A DNA stretch of 62,936 nt, the filler included, from Reclinomonas americana ATCC 50394 (taxonomy: Eukaryota), in the NCBI GenBank assembly GCA_048213135.1. It is 5 parts of 3 records of this genome, joined end to end, with 100 filler letters (N's around TTAATTAATTAA, not from the genome) between each part and the next. Parts side by side here need not be neighbours in the genome. Positions count along the whole stretch, not along the records: positions 1 to 17,848 come from PS015239.1; positions 17,949 to 30,718 come from PS015239.1; 3 more parts are not named here. One strand, written 5' to 3'. The notes under the pieces are model-generated. The model did no database searches. It was not told the DNA's origin and worked only from the letters and a program-made list of their open reading frames with translations. Position 1 is the first letter of the stretch; each line of letters starts with the position of its first letter. Shown here in pieces: positions 10,436 to 21,157 of the stretch. The position numbers and the translations under genes are program-made.

Positions 10436-11530
10436 ATGTCCTCAGTCCCTCCATCTCTCCCGCACAAGTGCTTCCGTGGACACATCGGCTTCGTGCGTTC
10501 CGTCGCCGTGACTCCCGATGGCGAGCACGTCATCAGTGGAAGTGACGATAAGACCGTGCGAGTGTGGTCTCTGGCGAGTGGGAAAGAAGTGAGACGACTG
10601 GAGGGACACACAAGCTGGGTGCTCTCTGTCGCTGCCACTCCTGATGGTGTGCACGCAGTGAGTGGGGGTGACACAACTGTGCGTGTGTGGTCACTGGCAA
10701 GTGGCGAGGAAGTGCGGAGGATGGAGGGACACACCGGTTTGGTGAACTCTGTCGCCGTTACTCCCGACGGTAAGCACGTGGTGAGTGGGAGTGCTGACAG
10801 AACTGTGCGTGTGTGGCTGCTCGCGAGTGGCGAGGAGGTGCTGCGGATGGAGGGACATGATAGAGCTGTACTCTGTGTTGCTGTCACTCCCGACAGTCAG
10901 CACGTGGTGAGTGGCAGCTATGACAGGACTGTGCGAGTGTGGTCACTGACGAGTGGAAGGGAGGTGCAACCATCGAAGGGACACACTCGGGCTGTGCAGT
11001 CTGTTGCCGTCACGCCCGATGGTCTGCACATTGTCACCAGCAGTTACGATTTGTTCAGTGACGACGGTGTGGTGCGGGTGTGGGCATGGGCGAGCGGAGA
11101 GGACGTACGACTCTTAGAGGGCCACTCTCCGAAGGTGTGTTCTGTCGCCGTCACGCCCGATGGCCGGCATGTTGTCACGGGGGGTGCGGACGACCTCGTT
11201 CGAGTGTGGTCACTGGCGACTGGCGATGAAGTGCGACGGATGGAGGGACACACTGACTGGGTGCGGTCGATCGCTGTCTCTCCTAACGGTGAGCACATTG
11301 TGAGTGGCAGTGACGACCAAACGGTGCGGGTGTGGTCGACCCCCTGCGGTCTCGCTCGGCTGGAGCTCGCCTGTGCGCGCTCGGCCTTGCATGACGTGCA
11401 GGAAATGCAGGAGGAGGAGGAGGACTTTGATCGGCGGTGCCTGGTGGAGATCGTGTTGCGCTGCTTCTTGGTCGAGGAGGCCGAGGTCATCGTTCATCGC
11501 TGCTTCGCCGATGACAGCCTTCGATTGTGA
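10436..11530 (+). CDS. WD40 array gene 9, intronless
   Basis: ATG 10436 MSSVPPSLPHKCFRGH; close paralog of gene 8. Confidence 0.92.
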   Translation: MSSVPPSLPHKCFRGHIGFVRSVAVTPDGEHVISGSDDKTVRVWSLASGKEVRRLEGHTSWVLSVAATPDGVHAVSGGDTTVRVWSLASGEEVRRMEGHTGLVNSVAVTPDGKHVVSGSADRTVRVWLLASGEEVLRMEGHDRAVLCVAVTPDSQHVVSGSYDRTVRVWSLTSGREVQPSKGHTRAVQSVAVTPDGLHIVTSSYDLFSDDGVVRVWAWASGEDVRLLEGHSPKVCSVAVTPDGRHVVTGGADDLVRVWSLATGDEVRRMEGHTDWVRSIAVSPNGEHIVSGSDDQTVRVWSTPCGLARLELACARSALHDVQEMQEEEEDFDRRCLVEIVLRCFLVEEAEVIVHRCFADDSLRL

Positions 11531-11805
11531 AGAAGAAGAAGAAGAAGAAGAAGAACAAGAGCTAGACCAACCACCACCACCACCACCACCACAACAACAA
11601 CAACAACAACACAACGTTAACAACAGCAGCAGAATACGGTGAAATAGGGGCACAGAATCCAACAGATCCCGACTCGTTTTCTGTAAGACGAAGAAGAAGA
11701 AGGGCAAGAACAAGAAGAAGAAGCAGAAGGAAGAAGTGAAGAAGAAGCAGTTGTCCCTCTCAGCAGCATGTCCCGCACCTCCTTTCAATCTCATATCTCT
11801 CTCTC

Positions 11806-12004
11806 ATGAGCGGTGGTCGTCGTGGAGGACGCGGTGGAGGTGCTCGCGGAGGAGGAGGAGGAGGAGGCGCACGCCCTCGAGGCCGCCCGCGCATGCATTA
11901 CAATAAGCACGGGGAGGAGTCGGTGGAGGAGTGGCAGTCGTCGACATCGATGCGCAAAGGCCGTGTGAGACGCAGTCGCAATGAGAAGGCGGCGGCGGCG
12001 GCGG
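11806..12004 (+). CDS. First exon of an RG/G-rich protein; the remainder is lost in gaps
   Basis: MSGGRRGGRGGG...EKAAAAA followed by a G|GTGAGT donor; downstream exons not assignable. Confidence 0.45.
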
Positions 12005-12133
12005 GTGAGTGAGGGAGGAGAAGGGGAGGAGAAGGGAGGGAAAAGGGAGGGAAAAGGGGAGGAGATGGGTATGAAAAGGGGAGGTGAGTGGAGGAGGGAG
12101 AAAGAGTGCGTGTGTGAGTGAGTGAGTGAGTGA

Positions 12134-12166
<33 letters not shown>

Positions 12167-13538
12167 GAGGTGTGACACTAGTTNNNNNNNNNNNNNNNNN
12201 NNNNNNNNNNNNNNNNNNNNNNNNNNNNNNNNNNNNNNNNNNNNNNNNNNNNNNNNNNNNNNNNNNNNNNNNNNNNNNNNNNNNNNNNNNNNNNNNNNNN
12301 NNNNNNNNNNNNNNNNNNNNNNNNNNNNNNNNNNNNNNNNNNNNNNNNNNNNNNNNNNNNNNNNNNNNNNNNNNNNNNNNNNNNNNNNNNNNNNNNNNNN
12401 NNNNNNNNNNNNNNNNNNNNNNNNNNNNNNNNNNNNNNNNNNNNNNNNNNNNNNNNNNNNNNNNNNNNNNNNNNNNNNNNNNNNNNNNNNNNNNNNNNNN
12501 NNNNNNNNNNNNNNNNNNNNNNNNNNNNNNNNNNNNNNNNNNNNNNNNNNNNNNNNNNNNNNNNNNNNNNNNNNNNNNNNNNNNNNNNNNNNNNNNNNNN
12601 NNNNNNNNNGGAGGAGGAGGAGGAGGAGGAGGAGGAGGAGGAGGAGAAGGAGGAGAGAGCACAAGCAAACGGAGAGACATGAGACAACGCCGGAAACAAG
12701 TTGTACGTGTTGTTGCAATATTTGTTATTTTGCATGAACAATAAGGACGCAACGCCATCATCTGTTCCACCTGCGGCGACAAATGCACAAACGAAAACAC
12801 CGGTGCCGCAGACGACGAAGAACCTATTTGTCGCGCGCAAATCAGCGGAGAAACTATATCAAGAGCAAAGGACAAGGATGAAGGATGAAGGGAAAGGAAG
12901 AGTGAGTGAGGATTAGAAAGGGAGAATAGTCGTGAACAAGTAAGATAGAATGTAAGACAGCTTGTTAAGCAGTGTGTGTGTGTGTGTGAGTGTGAGTGAG
13001 TGAGTGAGTGAGTGAAGATAACAGACATGAAAGACGGGGAAATCTCACACTGTGCGATACAAAGAGAGAGAGAGAGAGAGAGAGTGCAAGTGAGAGAGAG
13101 AGAGAAGGAACGACTATGTGACGACCTAATGCAGACGAAGGCGANNNNNNNNNNNNNNNNNNNNNNNNNNNNNNNNNNNNNNNNNNNNNNNNNNNNNNNN
13201 NNNNNNNNNNNNNNNNNNNNNNNNNNNNNNNNNNNNNNNNNNNNNNNNNNNNNNNNNNNNNNNNNNNNNNNNNNNNNNNNNNNNNNNNNNNNNNNNNNNN
13301 NNNNNNNNNNNNNNNNNNNNNNNNNNNNNNNNNNNNNNNNNNNNNNNNNNNNNNNNNNNNNNNNNNNNNNNNNNNNNNNNNNNNNNNNNNNNNNNNNNNN
13401 NNNNNNNNNNNNNNNNNNNNNNNNNNNNNNNNNNNNNNNNNNNNNNNNNNNNNNNNNNNNNNNNNNNNNNNNNNNNNNNNNNNNNNNNNNNNNNNNNNNN
13501 NNNNNNNNNNNNNNNNNNNNNNNNNNTCTCTCTCTCTC

Positions 13539-13625
<87 letters not shown>

Positions 13626-13781
13626 ACACTCTTTCTTTCTCCTCTGCTCAATACACCATCTCTCCTGCCGACCTTCGGTTTCCTCACATGTCTCTCCGTT
13701 CTTTCTCCCTCTTCAGCTCCCCGTCTCCTTGACTCTTTTCTCTCTCTCTCCCCTCCCTTCAACTTACTCTCCTCCTTCCAG

Positions 13782-16700
13782 CGACCTCACCACCTTTGCA
13801 TCCGTGTGCGACGAAGTGGAATTCGTTGCGTCTCTGCCGCATCTCCGCATCTCCCCCGCTCGCCGTTGCTCACTCATCCGTGGACAGTCCTCGGAGAAAA
13901 CGCGCAACATGTTTGTCGCCCCCGAGCTGCACGGCATGCTCACCGATGTGCGCAACGTGTTCGCCTTCTGGGAGTCCTTCTTGCAGCAGGTGTGACTGCG
14001 CGCCTCGTAGCAAGTGGTGGGTGAGGGGTGTGTGCTGACAAAGAGTTTCGGCAGGACTGCGACTATGCCACCGAAGTGCACAAGCTGGCGGCCGTTGGCC
14101 AGCACACGGAACGCATTGAGACGGCAATCGCCGAGTACGAAGATGCTGCATGCGCCGTCGTCGAGGTGTGTGTGTGTGTGTGTGTCTCTCTCTCTCCCTA
14201 CCTCCCTTCTCCTTCCTTACAATACCTTGCCAAGATCCTCGCCGATGAGGAGGACGAGGAAAGCGTGGGCGGCAGCGACGTGGACTCGCCCGGCGCTGTC
14301 GACGGCGAAACAGCGACGGGTTCGGCCGCAGCGCCGCCCGCCTCGCCGCCCGCGGAGGATACCGACGCGGAGTTGAACGCGTACGTGTTGAAGCGTGACA
14401 CGGCCTGCGCCACCGTCAACTCCATCACTTCCGAGTCTGCGGAGCTTTTGCCGCGTCTGGCCAGCGTGCATCGTGTGCGCGAGCAGCAGCTGCGGACGCT
14501 GATGGAGGGCGAGCATAGGTGTGTCCATTCAGTAGCTTGTTTCTCTGAGCCCGCCATCTCGGTTTTAACCGTGGTTAACGTGTGCCCGCAGTGTGGAGTC
14601 CATCCGCCTGTTGCTGACTCGTATCGGCACTCGTCTGGCGGAGATAGAGGGTGTGGAGGTCGAACTGGAATGGAATCGTGCGTACTCTGTCTCTCTCTTG
14701 TCTCCCCCGCGGCATTCTCACTGGCATGAATACGAGCAGACGAGTCCCCGGAGCAGCCGGACGAGGAATCGCCGGTTCCAGTCGCCCCTGAAATCGGTAT
14801 GCATTACATTGCGATTCTGCGTAGCAATCCAATCGTCTGGCCTCTCACTTTATGTTGCAAGACATGTCGGCCATGGTGCAACGCATGGGATCCTGGATGA
14901 ATGCGGAGAACGCCGCGCGTCTGGATCCGGCGTTTGACCAGTTCCGGAGTGGCTTCGGTGGGTGGATGGAGAGAGACTCGTTTTTCCTTTCCCCTTCTCT
15001 TCCCCTACGCCTTCCCTTCTCTTCCTTCGCCTTGTTCCTTCGCCTTGTTCCTTCCCCCTGTTTCGTCCACCTTTTCCGTCCACCTTTTCCTTCCCCTTCT
15101 CCTTCCCCCTCTCTTCCCCTTCTCTTCCCCGTTCTCCTTATCCCTTCTTCTTCCCCCTTCTTCTTCCCCTTCACCTTCTCCGCTGTTCCTTCGCGTGCGT
15201 TTGCCGCTCACTGTCCCCCTCCCGCCAGACACACTGACAAACTCGCCATTCATGATTGCCGTGCGATTGGTCAGCGACGCCGTACGTGTCAAGGTATTCA
15301 CTGCGCTCCGGGACTCCTCTTCCTTTCCCTTCTTCTCCCTTCGCCTTTCCCGTTCGACACTTTCTACCGGGCCCTGCACTTGCTGGCATTGCGGGCCCGG
15401 TCCATTCGCGTCGAAATATCAGTCTGCGACCCGAGTCCTTAAGCTTCGCGATGTCCATTGTCGTCGTCGCCGACAGTCAAATAGCTCGGGCACAACAATC
15501 GTCTCTCATCTCTTTCTTCATCGCCTCTCTCGTCCGCTGTTCCGTCAACCGTCGCCTTTCCTCTCCTGGACAGGATTTCTTGGCACAACCAACCAGCCTC
15601 AAGAAACGCGTGTTCCGCCGCGTCAAGGACGAATTGTATCACGCTTTGCGTCTGGTGAGTCACATTCGCGTTCATTGCCGGTGTTGGCGCCGACACTTAT
15701 GTTCTCCATTTTTTTTTGTATGTGTGTNNNNNNNNNNNNNNNNNNNNNNNNNNNNNNNNNNNNNNNNNNNNNNNNNNNNNNNNNNNNNNNNNNNNNNNNN
15801 NNNNNNNNNNNNNNNNNNNNNNNNNNNNNNNNNNNNNNNNNNNNNNNNNNNNNNNNNNNNNNNNNNNNNNNNNNNNNNNNNNNNNNNNNNNNNNNNNNNN
15901 NNNNNNNNNNNNNNNNNNNNNNNNNNNNNNNNNNNNNNNNNNNNNNNNNNNNNNNNNNNNNNNNNNNNNNNNNNNNNNNNNNNNNNNNNNNNNNNNNNNN
16001 NNNNNNNNNNNNNNNNNNNNNNNNNNNNNNNNNNNNNNNNNNNNNNNNNNNNNNNNNNNNNNNNNNNNNNNNNNNNNNNNNNNNNNNNNNNNNNNNNNNN
16101 NNNNNNNNNNNNNNNNNNNNNNNNNNNNNNNNNNNNNNNNNNNNNNNNNNNNNNNNNNNNNNNNNNNNNNNNNNNNNNNNNNNNNNNNNNNNNNNNNNNN
16201 NNNNNNNNNNNGATGCTACTCACCGGCCGTTTGGCGCCATGGTGCTGCGCACAAGGAAAAGTCAGCAAAAAAACCTAGCTGAGCACCCATCACATCGCGA
16301 AACACTGCTCACCCGCAGCTTCTCCAGCTCGTACCGCAGATCAATCAGACGATCCATGGCCTGGAAGTGCTCCTGCGCGGCGCGGTGCAGTCCCTCTTGC
16401 AACAACTGATTCTTGCGATTGACGGCTGCACGCACATAACCAAGGGTCACACATCACTTGAAAGACAGAGAGAGAGAGAGAGAGGTGTCACGAGCACACG
16501 CACCAGCCATGCGCTCAGTAAACTGCTCGTGAATGCTCTGATACGTATCAGCAAGCTTGGTGGCCATTGCCGCGCGGCTTTGCATTGTCGTCAACACGTT
16601 GCTGACATTGCTGGCCAGCTCGCCAAGCATGCCATTCAAAATCACGAGCGCTTCAGCCAGGCGTGTCTTGACCTGCAACNNNNNNNNNNNNNNNNNNNNN

Positions 16701-19700
16701 NNNNNNNNNNNNNNNNNNNNNNNNNNNNNNNNNNNNNNNNNNNNNNNNNNNNNNNNNNNNNNNNNNNNNNNNNNNNNNNNNNNNNNNNNNNNNNNNNNNN
16801 NNNNNNNNNNNNNNNNNNNNNNNNNNNNNNNNNNNNNNNNNNNNNNNNNNNNNNNNNNNNNNNNNNNNNNNNNNNNNNNNNNNNNNNNNNNNNNNNNNNN
16901 NNNNNNNNNNNNNNNNNNNNNNNNNNNNNNNNNNNNNNNNNNNNNNNNNNNNNNNNNNNNNNNNNNNNNNNNNNNNNNNNNNNNNNNNNNNNNNNNNNNN
17001 NNNNNNNNNNNNNNNNNNNNNNNNNNNNNNNNNNNNNNNNNNNNNNNNNNNNNNNNNNNNNNNNNNNNNNNNNNNNNNNNNNNNNNNNNNNNNNNNNNNN
17101 NNNNNNNNNNNNNNNNNNNNNNNNNNNNNNNNNNNNNNNNNNNNNNNNNNNNNNNNNNNNNNNNNNNNNNNNNNNNNNNNNNNNNNNNNNNNNNNNNNNN
17201 NNNNNNNNNNNNNNNNNNNNNNNNNNNNNNTCGCTCGCTGTTCACAGCATCCATAGGGCCATATTAACGTGCCTTGCTCTCGTTCTCTCTTTGTCTGTAT
17301 CTCTGCTTGTGTGTCTGCCTGTCTGTGTTTCTCTCTCTCTCTCTCTTCTACTCTCTTCGTCTGTGTCTGTGTCTATGTCTGTATCTCCGTCTTTGTGTCT
17401 TCCTGTCTGTGTGCAGGTGCTGCATGCTGTCGAGGAGCGTATCGTCGAGGTGGAAAACACAATTGCCGAGAAGCGAGAGGCGCTGTTGCGTCTCACTGCT
17501 GGCGAGGAGACGAGTCGCACCATGGTAAACAATCCTTTTCTTTCCCTCTCTCTGTTCTCTCTCAATGCGCTCATCTGCCTGTCTCGATCTACAGGATGTG
17601 TGCCCGGAGCTCGGCCGCACCGTGCGTCGGTGCTTGTCACGTGGGGCGGTCCTTTCGCTGTTCCCGTCGGCGCGCAAGGCGCTGCATGGACTGCCGGCCG
17701 GCCTCCTGCACTCGCCTCTCTTCAAGCGCCGCACGTTGGTGTGTTACTGTGCGCAAAAAGTTCACCTCGTGTGCAGTATCCTCAGTCCGCGGCACTCCTC
17801 TCTGCAGGCTGATTACGGCCAACTGAAGGCCATTGGTACGCGGACATANNNNNNNNNNNNNNNNNNNNNNNNNNNNNNNNNNNNNNNNNNNNTTAATTAA
17901 TTAANNNNNNNNNNNNNNNNNNNNNNNNNNNNNNNNNNNNNNNNNNNNGAGGGGAAGGAGGGGAAGGAGGGGAAGGAGAAACAAAGGGATGTAAGCTGAG
18001 AGGAGGATGAGAAGAGAGCCCTCCCCACGCACCACACTTCGCGCGTAAACGCCTCGAGTTCACCGGCTCCCAGCGCAGAGAACGACTTGAGCACGCAGTC
18101 CTCGTCCTGGTAGGTGGTTCGGNNNNNNNNNNNNNNNNNNNNNNNNNNNNNNNNNNNNNNNAAAAGAAGAATACCAAAACTATAACAAACAAAGGCAGAC
18201 GCAACAGGCGTGGTCGCATAGGCGGCTGGCCATCACCAGCGAGTGATTCTTGCGCACCGAGTAATCGAAATCGACAATCTTCAAGCGGCCGTCCGAGTGC
18301 AGCACCACAGTGTCCATCGTCAGCCACCCGTGCACCACTCCGTTGAGGTGCAGGAACTCGAGACCCTCGAGCAGCTGCCGGAAGGCGAGTCGAATCTCGT
18401 CGCCTTTCCGCGGCGTCTTGAGCCACGTGCGCAGCGTCCCACCGGAAAAGTACGGCGCCTCGAAGTACAGAGTGCTGCCGTCGGTGAAGAAGCAGTTCAC
18501 GGGCTGGATCGCGTGATGGCGCAGTTGCGACAGCAGCCTGCGACGACGAGAGTATTGGGATGGCAAAACACAAGGCACGACANNNNNNNNNNNNNNNNNN
18601 NNNNNNNNNNNNNNNNNNNNNNNNNNNNNNNNNNNNNNNNNNNNNNNNNNNNNNNNNNNNNNNNNNNNNNNNNNNNNNNNNNNNNNNNNNNNNNNNNNNN
18701 NNNNNNNNNNNNNNNNNNNNNNNNNNNNNNNNNNNNNNNNNNNNNNNNNNGTGACCCACTCTCTCACTCTCTCTCTCTCTTTATTAGTGCGCGCCAAGCT
18801 GTCGGCTGACGACTTGCCGCCTGAGTTGCTTGGCGATTCTCCTGTCGAGGCGACGCCTGCACTGGACATGTGGTGCTGGGGTGTGATGTTGTACAGTGCG
18901 TTGACGAACCAGCAGGGCCGAATGATGCTCCTTCCGAGTGGCGAGGTCCAGCTGCTTGCCGACTCGGCTCGCCACCCGCTGTTGGACTCGCAGGCGATGG
19001 AAGTTCTCCGCGGTGTTCTGCTGTCCTCTCCGCAGCAGCGACTGGACGCCGCCGAGTGTGCGATGAAACCGTACTTTTTGTCGTCGGTGGAGCGACAGTT
19101 GGAGGATGACGGCGCAGTGGTGCCGACCGAGCTCCGCCTCAACGTCGCCAGGGTGTGTCTTATTCAATCTTGGGATTCACGACTTGCGCGTCTCAATTGT
19201 CTTCGCGCACAGCAAGCGATTTTCCGTGCCACGCAGCGCATGGCCGATGCAGTGTGGGACTTTACCATTGATCGCCTCCACGGTCTCTTTGTGTTGCATG
19301 CATGTTCGTCCCCCATTCTTTGGCACTGATCTCGCTTGTCAACAGTGGTTCCCGAGTTTGTTCGTGTGATGCGAGATGCCAGCGGAGGTGAGTTGGACAC
19401 CGTGTGATAAAGAGGGGTTTGATGTGCTGCTTGTACTCTGTGAATTCTGTCTCTCTCTCTCCTTTTCTGTTTTCCTTGTGCTTTCCGATCGCCTGACATA
19501 GTGTTTTGCAGACGCGGGCAAGTGGCGATACAGACTCAAGACAAACTTCCAGGGCGAAGAGGGCATTGACGGCGGTTTCGTGTTGTTCTCTCTCTCCCCG
19601 CGGCTTTCCTCCCACTCGCTTGTTGACTCGATTTCCGTTTTCTTTAGGTGGTCTCACCACGGCATTGTACACGGCCTTCTTTGCCGGTCTGCCGAACGAT

Positions 19701-21052
19701 CCGATGTTCTCGTCGGTCACCAACGCCTGCTGTGTGCCCAAGCAACATCCCGACCAAACCATGTTGCATGACTTTACGGTGCGGGGTGTGCGTGCGTGCA
19801 TGTGCGTATTGAGTGCAACGGTGACTGACTCACACCGCGTGATAGAATATCGGTCGCTTCATGTGTCGCATGCTCGTCGACCGTCGACTGATGCCAGGCA
19901 ATGTGTTTTCCGCTGGTATGTGAGAATGGAGAGACTAGCGAGAAGAGAATAATGCCTGCTCACCGCCGACCCGCAGTGGTTTTCCGACACATATTGACGC
20001 CTCCCGATCGTCCCACTCGTGTGTTCTTTGCCGATCTCGAGGCGTACGACCCTGCGCTAGCCAGTTGCGTTGACCATCGGCGAACTCTCCGTTCCCAAAG
20101 CACGTCATAAAGCTCTTTCTGTCGACCAGGAACGTTTGTGGCCACGCTGACAAGCGACGTCACCGATTGGTATCTCGACTGGGGCGACCTCGGTTAGTGC
20201 TCACATTGTTGTTCCCTTTCCTGCTGCTCTTTGGCATCATCCTTGGTATTGTTTGTTACGGATGTAGGTGATATCAACAAGCTGGTCACCAACGCCAACA
20301 AGGCGGAGTTTGTGGAGAAACGCACTCGTCACTTGCTGCTGGACGGTTGCATCCACGGGCTTAATGCCATGCGCGCCGGTTTCTGGGCTATGGCTAGCGA
20401 CTTTTCGTTGCGTTTTATTGTTCAGAAAAGCGTGCTCTGGAGACATGGGCTCCTCACGGTGTTGGTGGGATGCAGGATGCAAGATGACTTGAAGATTCTG
20501 TCCGCCCGCGATCTGCAGCTGCTCATGTGCGGCCGGCGTGTGGTGGGGGCAGCCGAGTTCCTCGCCGAGTGTCGTTTCCAGAGCTTCTCAGCCGCGTCGG
20601 AGGCCGTCCTGCGACGCCTGCTTCACCACTGGGGCGAGCATGCGCCGGAGAAGCTGACGCAGTTGCTCATGTTCATCACTGGCTTGCCGGCGTTGCCGTC
20701 GGGAGGCGAGCTAACTGTGCGTGGATCGGGCTACACGGGCATCACGTTCAACGGATGCCTAAACAATCCAGAATCCTTCCCAGTGTCCCATGTGAGTGTG
20801 CGCTTGGTGCAAAGAGGGAATGGAGGAGGGAGTGACCTCACGAGTGATGCAATGCAGGTCTGCTTCTTCCGGCTGGACATGTACCCGTCGGAGGACTATG
20901 ATCACATGTCGCGTGTGTTGCGTCTCATATCTACTCTACTCTCCTGCTCGCCTCGTCAATCGCCGCATTCATTCATTCGTCACGTTACGCGCAGCTTGGA
21001 CCGCACGCTGGAGTACATGGCAGGCGACGGCGGTGGTTTCTTCATCGGTTGA
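13782..21052 (+). CDS. Multi-exon coiled-coil + pseudokinase + HECT E3 ubiquitin ligase (5' partial, gapped)
   Basis: Spliced HECT motifs FQGEEGIDG|GGLTTALY, DLEAYDPAL, VTNANKAEFV, LNAMRAGF, LLMFITG, catalytic FPVSH|VCFFRLDM, C-terminus GFFIG*; kinase C-lobe PPE..DMWCWGVMLY..PQQRLDAAECAMKPYF at about 18790-19080. Confidence 0.8.
16298..16679 (-). CDS. Two helical/coiled-coil exons on a gap-flanked contig, probably a mis-oriented part of the kinase-HECT gene
   Basis: Minus-strand exons VKTRLAEALVIL...ERMAG and VNRKNQLLQEGL...LEKLR joined by a GT-AG intron; N gaps on both sides. Confidence 0.5.
18033..18537 (-). CDS. Kinase N-lobe and catalytic-loop exons on two gap-flanked, individually flipped contigs
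   Basis: CVLK..EAFTREV (18122-18033), then LLSQLRHHAI..GGTLRTWL..QLLEGLEFLHLNGVVHGWLTMDTV..LKIVDFD; contig order fits the + strand gene. Confidence 0.7.
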
Positions 21053-21157
21053 TCGCGCTCAATGCGCAGTATTGGCCGCCCCGATCACGCATCGCAAACA
21101 GCCAGTGAATGTATTCAATGCATTGCCTCCTCCCACACACGCACACACCGTCTACTT

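Noticed and set aside
17893-17904. TTAATTAATTAA flanked by Ns (also ~30763, ~52140, ~56683)
   Set aside because: Artificial contig-join linker with stops in all frames; not biological
16212-18582. Inverted exons within the kinase-HECT gene as a real inversion, scrambled gene or trans-splicing
   Set aside because: Each inverted piece is a whole gap-bounded contig in the right order for the + gene; mis-orientation during scaffolding is simpler
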